This document shows positions 45,537 to 58,439 of a stretch of 64,000 nucleotides of DNA, piece by piece (within the stretch, counting starts at the first letter, position 1; the number at the start of each line of letters is the position of its first letter). The notes under the pieces are model-generated. The model was not told the origin of the DNA, made no database searches, and saw nothing but the letters and a program-made list of their open reading frames with translations. The position numbers and the translations under genes were made by a program. Source of the stretch: Schizochytrium sp. TIO01 (taxonomy: Eukaryota; Protista; Bigyra: Labyrinthulomycetes); contig SMSO01000009.1 in assembly GCA_004764695.1 (NCBI GenBank), positions 174,451 through 238,450 of the forward strand. The letters run 5' to 3'.

Positions 45537-47090
45537 ATGGGAGACGCCGAATTAAAAGTGACTTCAACGCGAAATCCAGGGGCAGAGGCGTGGGCAAGGG
45601 CAAATTCAGGAGCGACAGCCGAGACAACAGAGACGACAACAGGGGAGGAAAACCCCGTTGCGGTGTCCTGGACAAAACTATTGCAGGACTACGAGTCTGC
45701 GCATGCAATTCGTGGCGAAATTGACGCTAATCATGAAGTGCTTCGTCGGCTAGAACAAATTTTTGCTGAGCGACGTGAGGCTGCGAGTAAAAGAGACGCC
45801 AGTTTGCAGCGGATTCCACGCTTTCACTTTCATCGCAAGAATCTTGAAGGAGGGGGGCAAATGTCGGACACTGCACAAAGACTGATCCGTCGGATTGCGC
45901 GACATCAATTTGCACAAAGAACTAAAGCCACAGGACTTTTGGACGATGATGTACACCAAATGTATGAGCTTCTTGCCACACACAACAGTGGTCCCTTCCC
46001 GGACAGCACCGAGGTGGATGAAGCTTTTAGTGGACGAATCAATTACGACGACTTCTGCTCAGTTCGTTCTTTGCTCCCTGCTCAGTTTGCACGGTTCTTC
46101 CAGGCTGACACATTTTGCAAATTTCGTCGTGATGAATGGGGCCGCATAAGTACCCAACTTTTTTTTCAATATGTCTGCCGTCACATCACGCTGCAGCAGA
46201 CTCGCGCTCAGCTTGCATTGTACGACTCTCATGGTGATGGATACCTCCGTGAGCAAGATATGGAGAATTACATATACGAACTCATTCCCACTCTTGAAGC
46301 GCTTGAAGATCTCCAGGAGAATTTTTACCCATTCTATGTCTTTACAGCTGTACGCAAGTTCTTTTTCTTCCTTGATGCCCGTCGAATGGGGCGCATTGCA
46401 CTTCGTGAACTAATCACCTCTCCGATATTGCACGAGCTTCTGCATCTACAAAATGCACCACAAGACGAGGACATTGACTTTAATTGGTTTTCAGCTCACA
46501 ATACCTTGCGAGTTTATAGTCAATATCTTGAACTCGACATTGATCACAATGGCATGTTGAACCGCTCAGAGATCCAGGGTTATGGTACTGGGTCTCTCAC
46601 ATCGGCTTTTATTGATCGCGTATTTGAGGAGTGTCTTACTTATGATGGCGAAATTGATTATAAGGCTTTCCTTGATTTCGTCCTGGCAATGGAAACGAAA
46701 AAGTCCCCTCAGTCACTTGCATACTTTTTTCGTTTACTCGATGTACGCAAACAGACATACCTTGATCGTTTTAGTATCCGTTTCTTCTTTTCTGAAATTG
46801 TTCAGCGTCTTCGCGAGCTGGATGGAGGTGGTGTTGATGCTGATGTTGTTCGAGTTGACGATGTTTGTGACGAGATCTTCGACATGTGCAATCCAAAGGA
46901 CCCTTCACGGATCACTTTGGCTGACCTGGTGCGGTCCGGTGTCGGGGACACTATTGTGACTATGCTCACAGACTTATCAGGTTTTTGGGCTTACGATAAT
47001 CGCGAGCATCTGATTGCAGAGGAGGCTCGTGAGGAGGCGGAACAACGTGCTTTGGCTGAGCAAAACGAGTTGCTCGAGGAGCAAGGATGA
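45537..47090 (+). CDS. PPP2R3C: PP2A regulatory subunit B'' gamma (PPP2R3C / TON2-FASS family), EF-hand protein
   Basis: IPRFHF, INYDDF, LYDSHGDGYLRE.DMENYIYELIP, FYVFTAVRKFFFFLD, NWFS....RVYSQYLELDIDHNGML, CDEIFDM, GFWAYDNRE. Confidence 0.9.
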   Translation: MGDAELKVTSTRNPGAEAWARANSGATAETTETTTGEENPVAVSWTKLLQDYESAHAIRGEIDANHEVLRRLEQIFAERREAASKRDASLQRIPRFHFHRKNLEGGGQMSDTAQRLIRRIARHQFAQRTKATGLLDDDVHQMYELLATHNSGPFPDSTEVDEAFSGRINYDDFCSVRSLLPAQFARFFQADTFCKFRRDEWGRISTQLFFQYVCRHITLQQTRAQLALYDSHGDGYLREQDMENYIYELIPTLEALEDLQENFYPFYVFTAVRKFFFFLDARRMGRIALRELITSPILHELLHLQNAPQDEDIDFNWFSAHNTLRVYSQYLELDIDHNGMLNRSEIQGYGTGSLTSAFIDRVFEECLTYDGEIDYKAFLDFVLAMETKKSPQSLAYFFRLLDVRKQTYLDRFSIRFFFSEIVQRLRELDGGGVDADVVRVDDVCDEIFDMCNPKDPSRITLADLVRSGVGDTIVTMLTDLSGFWAYDNREHLIAEEAREEAEQRALAEQNELLEEQG

Positions 47091-48039
47091 AGTTTTCAGC
47101 TTTCTTGGCGCAGAGCTTGTCTAAATTACATGTATTATATTAAACAATTTGACCAGGTTTTATTTGCTCTCTAAAACCTTCTGTGTTAGGATTTTATAAC
47201 CACTTTTTCGCGATAAACGTGTCACATGCATCTAAACTCAGATATAGAACCCATTTTAAAAGCTGTATTGTAAAAAAGAACAAAAAACGGTGGTGAGTTC
47301 TGCCGCCCTACATCAGTCCTTTACGATAGTGCCCGCAAACTTATTTCTTCGATAAAACCTACATTTAGCATCAGCTAGCTGTGAGCAAGAGAAGGATTAA
47401 GCATATCATGTTTAGCGACAACGTTTATTATTCGTTCCCGATTTCTTTGTACAAGAGCCACGCAGAAATAAAGAAATCGGCGCGCTAAAATAGAACTACA
47501 TGAATAGTTATAGGATTCTTAAAATTTCCGAATGTCTCTTTTTATAGTCAGAGTTAGAAAGGCATAGTCCTTGCGCGAATAGTTCTTAGTCTCATTCGGT
47601 TGTAACATGTATTGTGAGTACCGCATGCGATGGCGTCAAGAATACACAATTTGTCCAAGTAACACTAATTTTGAAAACCTCGACAATTATATCGCTCATT
47701 TAGTCTAAGTCATTTCAATCAGGCGCATCAGCAGGTTATCCATCACCCAAATAACATCAACAACACCGAATCTATATCCTTACTCAATTGCGAAATGTGG
47801 GTTGTCACACAAACATTTGCTTGGTTGCATACGATAAATACTAAATGAACACCGCAGTAGAACCTATGTAACCTACCTCTACGCGACATATTCAAATAGG
47901 AGGAGAACTAAAACTATGCATATTAATACACATATTTCTTGAGAACCTCACCTCTCTTGGCCAATCACTCATTAGATAACCTGAGGCCAAGGCAGAACCA
48001 AAGTTGAGTTGAGTCTACTGTCCCATCCCCACGCGAGCG

Positions 48040-50400
48040 ATGGGCCCCAAGCCGAATTCCACAGCCTTGGAGGCATCTTCCAAGTCTGTTCATGGTCCTA
48101 GCGGGCCTGGTGCTAATCTCCCTGTGGCGCAAGCCTACGATCTGCTGCTCGAGATGTGTGCCAAGCATGGCACGGTGGTGGTGGTTGGCGAGACCGGCAG
48201 TGGCAAGTCCACCCAGATTCCTCAGTACCTCATGGAACATAGAACTTTCGGCGGCCGCGTGGCTGTCACCCAACCTCGTCGTGTGGCTGCCATGAGCCTT
48301 GCGCAGCGTGTTTGCTGGGAACGCAAGTGCAAGCTAGGCTCGGTGGTGGGTTATTGTGTCAGATTTGACGACCGCACGTCCCGCAAGACGAGGCTGCGAT
48401 TCCTCACAGATGGTATGCTACTTCGTGAGGCGATGCTAGACCCGCAGCTTTTGCGATACTCTGTGGTCATTCTTGATGAGGCACATGAGCGGTCACTCGG
48501 CACCGATATCCTCTTTGGTATCGTTAAACAGGCACAGCGGAAGCGACGCGGAGGTCGTATGCCATTGCGAGTGGTCGTCATGTCGGCTACGCTGGACGTC
48601 AAAACCTTCCTGGACTTCTTCAAGCCGGACCCGATTGAGGACGGGGGTGCAAAGGAGGACCCTTTCGAGAGGCCCGTAGCTATCCACATCCAGGGTCGCC
48701 AGTTCGGCGTTGAAACCTTGTACACAGAGAACGCCCAGAAAGACTACCTCGATGCAGCAGTGGTAGCAGCATTGCAAGCTCATCTTGACGAGGATCTACC
48801 AGGAGATATTCTTGTCTTTCTCACTGGTCAAGAAGAAATTGAGTCGTGCGCCGAGCTGCTCGAGGAACGTGCCAAGCGACTCCCAGATGATGCACCTCGA
48901 CTCTTAGTATGTCCAATGTTCGCAGCGCTCCCTGCGCATGAACAGATGAAGGTCTTTGAGGCTGCCCCTCCTGGGGCACGTAAGTGTGTGCTCGCAACTA
49001 ACATTGCGGAAACTTCAATCACTATTCCTGGGGTACGCATCGTCATTGACACTGGCATGGTGAAAGCCAAGGCGTACTCTGCATCCTCGGGCCTTGAACT
49101 CTTACAGGTTGTTCCTATCTCACAGGAGCAGGCTTGGCAGAGGACTGGCCGTGCAGGACGTGAAGGCCCTGGCAAGTGCTTTCGGCTCTTTCCTGAGCCC
49201 TCTTTTTTCAAGCTGCGGGCACGCACGGTGCCCGAAATTAAGAGAGTTGAGCTATCGCAAGTCGTTCTGCAGCTCATGGTGCTTGGTCTTCGCGACATTC
49301 AGAAGTTCGATTTTGTTGAGGCACCTCCTCGTGCAGCTCTCTCGCAAGCACTCTTTAACCTTGTCGCACTCGGAGCCGTTGAGATACCATCCCGACATGC
49401 AGCAGCTTCCGCAGCCGCCAAAGAGGACGACCCCGATTCCCGTCTCCCGCGTCTCACCGATCTTGGCAGACGCATGGCTGCTCTGCCCCTGGAGCCTATG
49501 CACGCTAAGTTTCTTCTCGACGCAGCAAAATTTGATTGCACAGAGCAAGCACTCAGTATTGCAGCCATGTGCAGCGTAGAATCTCCCTTCTATACCCCCC
49601 GCAACGCACGCCGAGATGCTATTGAGGCACATAGCCGCTTCGCTTCCTTCGAAGCTGATCACTTGACTTTACTCAATGTCTACACTGGCTTTAAAGACGC
49701 AAAAAATGACAAGGAATGGTGTAAAGCTTCTTTCCTTAAGTTTGGTACCCTTATTAAGGCGAAGAAGGTCAGGGACCAGCTCGTTTCAATGCTCGAAAAG
49801 GTCATTATTGATATTCCCGCGACAGCTGCTGCCACACCCTCTATGCAAGAGTCAAATGAAACCGAGAACGTTTTGAAATGTCTCGTTGCTGCCTTTCCTC
49901 TTCGAATTGCTCAAAAATTGCCCCCAGATGGCACTGTGCCAGGTACTCGTTACCGTACGACAACAGACGGAATCGAAGCACGAATTCATCCTTCTTCGTC
50001 ACTAGCTCGGCGTGACCCGATGCCTGATTGGGTTGTTTTCAACGAGCTAGTGCTTACCTCAAAGAAATACCTCAAGATGGTCGCGTCCGTTGAGCAACCC
50101 TGGCTCGTCGAGTGTGCACCACATCTTTTCAAACCATCCGCTACGAAAGCCCTGCATAATGCTGACTCAGTTATTCCTGGTCAGGCAAAGGTAGACCTTC
50201 AGGCACCAAATGAATCCCGACGGACTTCTTCCCACAGCAAGCCAAACTCTACTAATAAGAAAATGGCTAACTCGAAACATAGCTTAAACACAACCACACG
50301 GAGCACGCCTCTGAAGAAGGTATCAGCGAAATCACCGCGACAGGATGACAAGAACGCGGATCGTATTGCGAAACGAAGAGCATTACTCATGTGTGATTAA
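48040..50400 (+). CDS. DHX33: DEAH-box RNA helicase, DHX33/Dhr2-like
   Basis: GETGSGKST, TQPRRVAA, DEAH, SAT, FLTGQEEI, ATNIAETSITI, QRTGRAGR, plus HA2 and OB regions. The subfamily call rests on AWQRTGRAGRE and the short N-terminus. Confidence 0.85.
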   Translation: MGPKPNSTALEASSKSVHGPSGPGANLPVAQAYDLLLEMCAKHGTVVVVGETGSGKSTQIPQYLMEHRTFGGRVAVTQPRRVAAMSLAQRVCWERKCKLGSVVGYCVRFDDRTSRKTRLRFLTDGMLLREAMLDPQLLRYSVVILDEAHERSLGTDILFGIVKQAQRKRRGGRMPLRVVVMSATLDVKTFLDFFKPDPIEDGGAKEDPFERPVAIHIQGRQFGVETLYTENAQKDYLDAAVVAALQAHLDEDLPGDILVFLTGQEEIESCAELLEERAKRLPDDAPRLLVCPMFAALPAHEQMKVFEAAPPGARKCVLATNIAETSITIPGVRIVIDTGMVKAKAYSASSGLELLQVVPISQEQAWQRTGRAGREGPGKCFRLFPEPSFFKLRARTVPEIKRVELSQVVLQLMVLGLRDIQKFDFVEAPPRAALSQALFNLVALGAVEIPSRHAAASAAAKEDDPDSRLPRLTDLGRRMAALPLEPMHAKFLLDAAKFDCTEQALSIAAMCSVESPFYTPRNARRDAIEAHSRFASFEADHLTLLNVYTGFKDAKNDKEWCKASFLKFGTLIKAKKVRDQLVSMLEKVIIDIPATAAATPSMQESNETENVLKCLVAAFPLRIAQKLPPDGTVPGTRYRTTTDGIEARIHPSSSLARRDPMPDWVVFNELVLTSKKYLKMVASVEQPWLVECAPHLFKPSATKALHNADSVIPGQAKVDLQAPNESRRTSSHSKPNSTNKKMANSKHSLNTTTRSTPLKKVSAKSPRQDDKNADRIAKRRALLMCD

Positions 50401-51721
50401 ATGGTCTTCCATTTCCCTTAAAAAAAACAACAAAAACAAGAAGAGGGAGAGAAAAGAAAAAGCATTTATACAAAACAACCGTCAAAATGCAATTAAGACT
50501 GTGTTTTAAGATTTTGGACCAAAGTGCGGTAGTTAAGCCCTAGCTGCTAGCTCAATACTGCGGTCTGTTTCTGCTCTGTAAACCATTAACTTAGACGAAG
50601 GTTACTGCTGTAAAACATCAAAACAAGACCTACATGATTAAAAAATTGTAACTTGATTACTCTTCGTTCCCCTGAATCTGAACATAGTATGTCATACTTG
50701 GATCTTCAAAAACTCAACGTTGAACCATCTAAGTTAATCTTGCGAGAGTGGGAGCAAACAAATTCAAAGAATTATAGGGTGTATATTTGAAACAACAATG
50801 AACATCGTCTGTTCGATATTGTAAAAGGATGGAGCGGGGAAGCTAGTATTGAAGTAAGAAAGTAACGAAAGTGAGCAATGCATAAATCAAGTAAAGAAGA
50901 GAATGTAGTTTAGCTTTTGTAAATCCTGGTAAAGATGTATTCATTCTCAGAAATGTGTAAGTAAGTAGAGGAGAGATGGGCCGGGGATTGTGGAGTAGTA
51001 GTAGTATTAGTAGTAGTAGAAGAAGAAGACGGAAGAGTAAATGAAGGAAAAATGGAGGGCGAGGCGGGTCTTCGGCTCGCTCCCCACGTAACGCTGACTT
51101 GACGTGCTGCTCCAGCAGCGGCAGCAGCAGCAGTGAAAGGATAATGTAATGACCACACTGGCGAGAGAGTATGTTGCAACTGAGGAATTGTGGACCTGCA
51201 GCAGACCCACAGCCACCAGACGCACAGGGTGGACCCGCCAAGGCATGAGGCAAAACAGCTAAGTAAAAAGTTAAAAAAAAATCCGACGGACGTAATAAGA
51301 ACGACCACCGGGCCTATATGTGTGACGGACCCCGGCGCTCGGGGCAATCCCTAAACCCCTGAGAATCGTGCAAAGAATTACTGACGTTACTGACGCACAA
51401 CGAAAAATTAAGAAAGTCAGGAAATCAATCCTTTGCCGCTGCGATCCAAATTTCCGCCCACTCAATCGCCAAACCGCAAGCTTCGTAGCCCGTCAAAAGA
51501 CCAATGCCAACATCGAAAAGCTTTCCGTACATTGTGTTTTCGTGTACGATTAGCAGCTCGGCGAGGAAATGCTTACTTCGTCGGACAAAAGAAGCCTCCG
51601 ATGGTTCAAAGCCATCATCAAGCCACGTCGATCAAAGTTCTTGGCCATGCGATGATCCATCAAGAGGTATAGATAGCAATTGGGTGGGTGGACACAGGGG
51701 GAGGGGCGCCTATAGAGCGAC

Positions 51722-52081
51722 TTAGTTGTGGGTGTTGCCGGCGAAGAAACCACGCAAGAAGGGAGACTCACCCTCGAACTTCTCGAGCGTGGGCTTGGGC
51801 TGCGAGTCGGTGCCGAGGAGGCGGGAGAGCTGCGACTTCTGCTTCCACACGTTGACGGTCTCCTCAAGGTCGAGCTCGCCCTTCATGAGAAGGTTGTCGA
51901 TGATCCTTGGGTCAGTCACGTTGTCGTGGGCGCGGAAAAGGTTGCGCACCTTGCCGCGAAGGACGTCCTCCGGCATGTCCATGTCGAAGATCTTGATGGT
52001 GCGCGGGATCTCGCGGAGGGTCCGCCTGTACAAGTCCACCACGCGTGCCTTACGCACAGCAGTGCCTGCCGCAGAAGCCAT
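51722..52081 (-). CDS. NDUFA6: Complex I accessory LYR-motif subunit NDUFA6 (B14)
   Basis: LYRRTLREIP...KVRNLFRAHDNVTDPRIIDNLLMKGELDLEETVNVWKQKSQL; strongly biased GC3 codon usage. Confidence 0.9.
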   Translation of the reverse strand: MASAAGTAVRKARVVDLYRRTLREIPRTIKIFDMDMPEDVLRGKVRNLFRAHDNVTDPRIIDNLLMKGELDLEETVNVWKQKSQLSRLLGTDSQPKPTLEKFEGESPFLRGFFAGNTHN

Positions 52082-52599
52082 CTTGGCGCAAGTGTGTGAG
52101 AGAACGACGAGAGACGAGCGAGAGGAGAACGCCTCGAGGCCGCTGATAGAGATCTATTCTCTGCTTCTTACTTACATGCCTACCTACACTCTAACATACA
52201 TAGCCAATGCCGTACCTGCATTCCAACTACTGCTGCTAAGCAGAGCCAACACATCCGCTTGGCGACTAGCTACTCCTACGCCTACACTCGAGCTATTGGG
52301 TGCTACTCACCTAACATCATCGTAGGCTGCCCAGTACGTCTACCCAGCTAGCTACTACTAACTACTAACTACTACTACTACCACCACTCCTATTGTCACT
52401 ACTACCACCACTACTACGACTGCTACTGGCCTAGTTAGTAGATGGCCAAGTAGCACTTTGCTATCTCCATAGGAGCGGCTACTTCTTATTCTCCACATGG
52501 TATTACCTACTGATGCTACTGGCAACTGTAGCAGCAGCTAGCTACCCTTGCTTAGGTGGTGTACCTTGCTTGATGCCTGGGAGGACTCCGTATGTTCTA

Positions 52600-52642
<43 letters not shown>
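52600..52642. repeat. (GCTT)n microsatellite
   Basis: Read directly; same motif as the (GCAA)n tract, on the opposite strand. Confidence 0.9.
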
Positions 52643-52649
<7 letters not shown>

Positions 52650-55600
52650 TACTTCTTCGTTTGTCTTCTCTGTACTCCATCGTCACAACCTATACAGCCT
52701 GAGGTGGTACTATTCATCTTCAAGCAGTGACAGTCGTTCATTCACTCATTTATTCATGTTTATTCATTTCAGATAATTGATTCATTCATGCCCATTATTA
52801 TTCATACTAGCAGGATATTAGGAACCTCCTACAAATTCAATTAGTAAAAACATACTCAGCGCTACTGCTGCCAATACTGCCCAATCCTATTACCGCTACT
52901 ACTATTAGCTGTTATTCTGATTAGCAGTCTCTCTATCAATGCGTCAATGAGGCTGTTTTTGTCTTCCTGTACTTCTACAAGGTTTGGATGGTGACATTAG
53001 TGCCACCACTGCAGCTAATAGAAAGGCTAATCGTAGCTAGGGTTATCTCTATTCGTCAGCATCAGAGTTCTTTTGTAATTAAAAGCTGCCCCAAGAAATA
53101 GACGGTGTCCAACTACTAGTGCTAATGCTACGCCTGGTCTGAAATGTCTACGAGTGTTCTGCAGAACAGCTCAAAATGATAACGGACTTTGGTACTGAGA
53201 GTAATTTAAGGAATAACCATATCAATGTTTTTGTTGGGGTAGATCTAAAAGAAAATGCAGGTACCTTTAAGTCATGGTAAAGAGCACAGCTCTAATTTCA
53301 ATCAGAAACTTATTCTGGCAGTGATGGACCTAGCCAATTCATAATTAAATATACCCTCCACAGCACATGAGAAATGGCTGCTCTCATATGTCCCAGTTTT
53401 GAATCATGGCAGGAGCATTTCTGGAACAGAACCTATGTGATTCTATCCCCCATCTTCAGCTTTGTCACATATTGCAGTTTCTCCTCCTAGACCTATCTTA
53501 AAACTATTGAATACTCAACCAATTCCAGCAAAGTCCTTGGGGGCAGTAATTAGTTTTAAAGAACAAAAGCCGAATTGATACTCCGGTAAAGTCTTAAGAT
53601 CCCGCGTCCTAGGTACATAGTTGTTCATGCAGTTGAAATCTGTAGCTACAAGGGCAAGCATAAGCAGACTTCCGTGTTAGCTTTCCTTTTGCTGTGGAGT
53701 CCGAGTCATTCGCACTACTAGTCAGGTGATTTATATTCTTTAACTCAGGTAAAAACAAGACCCAAGTCAAAACATATCGATGTTTAAAATAAATCTAAAT
53801 ACATATAACCATCGGGTTGATATCATGAATAAGCTAAGGCGGCAATGTGCTAGAACGATGCTCCAGCACTCGGTTGGCTTCCATGGGATATCCGTCAAAC
53901 AAATGTTAAAACTGTAGATTGAGTAGTTCGGAAATTCGTCACGGAATACAAGTTCCCGAGAACAGAACATATTGGATTGTATTGCGTGTTTGATTTAATG
54001 TTTATTGCAGCACGTTTGGTCTAAGGGGGGATGCGTGCACAAATCACCCCGACTTGTCGGACTGTACGTAGGTAATGAGTCTGAATGAATACAGCACAGA
54101 TGTCAATCTGGGCATTCTGATGCCATCTCCCGGCAAGCCAGCACATTTCTTTCACAAAAGCAAGATTCCGAGCAGTACTACTTTAGGGTCAACCCTCAGC
54201 AAGACTATTTTCCACATACTTGAAGCTAGCATCTTCGGGTTTTATCTACCCCAACCTCTTGCACTTCAGTCTTACCTCAAAACTTCAAGATTGAACTTCG
54301 ACAATTTGGTCGCGATTGAATATTCAATTAGCATCAGCTAACAACTTCTCGACTTGCTTCGTTTCGAGCAAGTTCGTTCTCGACACTCTTTCTTTGTTCT
54401 TCTTCTTTAGAAGAAATAAAATAAAATACTTTTCTTTTTCTATTTTAATTAAAAAAAATACTGAGACAAAAAGAAAGTTTTTAATTTCAATCCATGAAGA
54501 CAGCGTGGAAGATACAAATGCTCGAGGCCTTCGCAAATGCCGCTGATGCCTATCGATCATACCTTAGCTGAACGAGCAATCATATCGGTTCTGTAGGTAC
54601 TATGAGAGCACTTTAACAACAAGCATGATCTCAATAATTCTCTGAGGCGGCTCCTGGCTGATGAATAATTCGAGCGACTTGCAGTCGTTGTGAGAAGAGC
54701 AGGCAAAAAAGTCGCTGGAAAAGTATCACCGCAGAATGATGCTAACTTCCCAACATAAATGTAATTACTCTGAATGATCCCTGCCACGTCACAGATGCTA
54801 GCAAATGTTGGCCACAGGACCCCCGAGGAACTTACCCCTTATTGACACATTTCTTTCTGCTGATTCACCTTCTGAGACGGGGTTGACGAAGACCTGCGAT
54901 GAAAACTTTGTTGACCCGGAATTCTCTCAGTTTAAAAGTTTTATATCATCATAAGTATCTAAGCAAAGTTATTTTTTAAAAGTCGAATCAAGAAATCAGA
55001 TTGAAACACGTTTTTTTTAGAAATCCAAACAAAACACGCTTGTTAGTGGATTATGTGCCAATCCATTGTCATTCAACTACGCTTTAGGCTGATAGCCAGT
55101 CTTTCTATCAAACTCGAATTTTGATCGTAGGCACAGAATAGAAGTCCTTTTTATTTTTCAATGTCAAAATAGAAGAAGTTAAGAGAGGTAATAGCAGCAG
55201 TTATAGATACCACTGGCGGCGCACGCACCATACACTAGGTTCTGCATAGGTTACTAGAGTTAGCAGTAGGCAGTAGTTATAGAGTAGATGGCGTCCTTCC
55301 AATATATTCCTATGGTATTTGGGTAGCAACAGTTAGGTCCGTATAAATTACATTTTCTTCTCAACAAGAGTGAAAGAAGAAGAAGAAGAAGAAGAAGAAG
55401 AAGACGTGGAGAAGAGAGCACCAAGAGCACCAAGACAAGGAAGCAACCCTGGGGAGCAAAACAAGAACTGCACAAGCTTCTGCTTGGGCACAACAGCATA
55501 TCCGTATTGGTCATTTACACCACGCGTGACCTGTGCAGACCTTTAGGTCGACTCAGTCGTCAGCTACTTCTCACAACCACTCGTGGTAAACCACTTGGTC

Positions 55601-55674
55601 GCCTCGCGTTGTCGTCCTTCTCATCAACTTGGTTAGCATCCGGCACCACCAAAAATCTTCAAACTTCGTTCACA

Positions 55675-56952
55675 ATGCCCCGCCCTACACCTGTGTCCCC
55701 TGAGCGCCTCGAGGAGCTTGCCGAAAAGTACGGCACTCCTCTGCAGCTCTACGACGGCGATGCCATGGTGGAGAATGCCCGCCAGCTCTTGTCTGCGTTC
55801 CGCTCGGAGTTCCCGACCTTCCGTCAGTACTTCGCCGTGAAGGCCTTGCCCAACCCAGCAATCCTGAAGCTTCTCGTGAACGAGGGCTTTGGACTCGACT
55901 GCTCCTCGACGGCCGAACTCCACATTGCTGCTAAGCTCGGCGTTCCCGGTGACATGGTTATGTACACCTCGAACTACACATCCAAGAAGGATCTCGCAAT
56001 CGCCTTTGACCAGGGCGTTGTTGTGAACCTCGACGATGTTTCGCTCGTGGATGACATCGTTGCGGTGCGCGGAAAGTGCCCCGAGTTGATCAGCTTCCGC
56101 CTGAACCCGGGACTTGGTCGCACAGACTCAGAGACCGCCAGCAATGTGCTCGGAGGCCCGAACGCCAAGTTTGGCGTGCCCCCTTTCCAGATTATCGAGG
56201 CATACCGCAAGGCCAAGGAGGCCGGTGCTACGCGCTTTGGAATTCACATGATGACCGGCAGTTGCGTACTTAACGAGGACTACTGGATGGACACCGTCTC
56301 CGTGCTGCTCGAGACCATGGATAAGCTCCACAAGGAGCTTGGTATCACCTTTGAGTTCTGCAACCTCGGAGGCGGCCTCGGCGTTGCATACAAGCCTGAC
56401 CAGGACCAGGTCGACGTGCCCTCGCTCGTGAAGAAGCTTAAGGCCAAGTTTGAGGCCTCCATGCCTGAGGCCTTCAAGGACAACTGGCCCAACCTCTACA
56501 TGGAGAATGGACGCTACATTACAGGCCCCTATGGCTTTCTGGTCTCGCGCTGCCACGTGATTAAAAACTCTTTTGAGAAGTACTACGGTCTCGACGCCTG
56601 CATGGCCAACCTCATGCGCCCCGGCATGTACGGATCCTACCACCACATCTACGTGCCTTCCGCCGAGGCTCGCGGTGAGCCCGAGGAGGAGGCCAACGTT
56701 GTCGGCACCCTCTGCGAGAACAACGACTGGTTTGCCAAGCAGCGCTTGCTCCCCAAGGCTCAGGTTGGCGACCTCTTTGTCATCGCTGACACCGGCGCTC
56801 ACTCACACAGCATGGGCTTCCAGTACAACGGCAAGCTCCGTGCCCCCGAGGTGCTCTTGCGAAACAACGGTGCTGATGATGTTCTCATTCGCGACCGCGA
56901 GACCATTGAGGGCCTCTATGCTAACACTCACATCCCTGCTGACCTTGCCTAA
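55675..56952 (+). CDS. lysA: Diaminopimelate decarboxylase (first ATG at 55675; the frame is open further upstream)
   Basis: YGTPLQLYD, PLP-lysine FAVKALPN, DCSS, FRLNPG, AKFG, NLGGG, MENGRYI, LMRPGMYGSYH, VVGTLCENND, DTGAH..SMGFQYNG. Confidence 0.93.
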   Translation: MPRPTPVSPERLEELAEKYGTPLQLYDGDAMVENARQLLSAFRSEFPTFRQYFAVKALPNPAILKLLVNEGFGLDCSSTAELHIAAKLGVPGDMVMYTSNYTSKKDLAIAFDQGVVVNLDDVSLVDDIVAVRGKCPELISFRLNPGLGRTDSETASNVLGGPNAKFGVPPFQIIEAYRKAKEAGATRFGIHMMTGSCVLNEDYWMDTVSVLLETMDKLHKELGITFEFCNLGGGLGVAYKPDQDQVDVPSLVKKLKAKFEASMPEAFKDNWPNLYMENGRYITGPYGFLVSRCHVIKNSFEKYYGLDACMANLMRPGMYGSYHHIYVPSAEARGEPEEEANVVGTLCENNDWFAKQRLLPKAQVGDLFVIADTGAHSHSMGFQYNGKLRAPEVLLRNNGADDVLIRDRETIEGLYANTHIPADLA

Positions 56953-58439
56953 GGATTTGTTCTCAATTTCTCCCTTCGTAATTTTCTCTCTCTTCTTTTC
57001 TATATCCTTTAGTAGTCACCCAGCTAGCCAACCAAGCAAACCCTCGTCAGCCAAGAGGATATCCCGGGTGCTGCTGGCGCTGAGTAAATTTTGCCCTCCC
57101 TCCCTCTCTAATGGACGACTAAACCTTCAAATGTATCCCTTGCGCTCATGTCAAAATGTTGCAAATGTTAGACCTGGACAGAGCTTGAGGACCCGCCGTG
57201 GTATACACTATTTCTCAGAAATCATTTTTTTTCTTCCTCCCGTCGAGTAGAATTATTCCCAACTTTATCCCTTTCGCTAGGCTAGCCATCATGGATGGTG
57301 ATGTGACAAAACATACAATATCTTGCCTTGGAGATACGAGTGCCTGACGTTAAGATCGCGTTTTGCATAAGCCTATTTCTCGCTCTCTCACCAATCAGAA
57401 TATATTCTTAATTAGTTAACCCTTTTACTTCGCTAGAAACTCATATCCCTCACGTTAAACTTCCTTTATTACTACTACTACTCGGTAGCAGTGCACGCAG
57501 TTCATGAGATCTTAAACAACAAGAAGAGAGAAATGCTTGAGCAAATAGATTGTCCAGCGAGATCATTTGATTTTGAATCGCATATACTGCTTTCCTTTGC
57601 TCCACTAGCAATCTATAGAAAATAAAACATGTCTCTCCCTCATCAATTATGTTTCTATCACCTGCATTTACTGTAAGATTAGTCAATCAGATGAGTCGGA
57701 GGCCAGCTGTATGTAGATAGAAAGGATCCCCTGGTGAGGGTCAGTAAGCTTTCACTGAGCGCCCACTTCGCTGTCAGTCTAAATCTCATGTTTTCAGAAG
57801 TGCACTGCTGACTCTAGCTCCCACAACCATACCATTATCGTTCGGGTTTTCAAAGAATTTTATTCCTGTTTGTTAAAAATCAAGTTTATGAAGACAAAAT
57901 TGATAAAACCACACTCAAACCGGGAAACCCCGACCCCACTCAGGCAGGAAAAGCCTCTTTTGATCGATGGGACCCTTTTACAATAGCAATGAGCAACTAG
58001 GTCCTCATGACCGTGATTCACTCTCTATTTAGACACTGTTTCTTTAAGTGTGCTGCGCTTCACTCAGGCTCAATCCCGTTCTCTTCCTTGAAAAATCTTT
58101 TATTTTCACATATCTACTAGTCACTGTATTGACCATCCTTCAGATGATTATGCATTATACACATGCGAAAAGCATGTCGGTTCTCCGTTTCTATGGCATT
58201 AATCTACTCAGTGCTTCTGCATTTATCGCAGAGTTCTCTTCGGTTTAATAATTAAATTGGGAGTTCCTTAAAAAGTGACTCTGAGAGTTTGCAATGATTT
58301 ATAAAAAGAACAACTGATAAAGCGGATGAAGGATGACTGACTTCGCACGCTTGTTGATGCGTTGGCGTTTCGACGGCAACAGACTCGAATCATCGGAAAT
58401 TGGCTGCAGGTCGCTTGACGCGAGCGCAGACCGGCCAGG

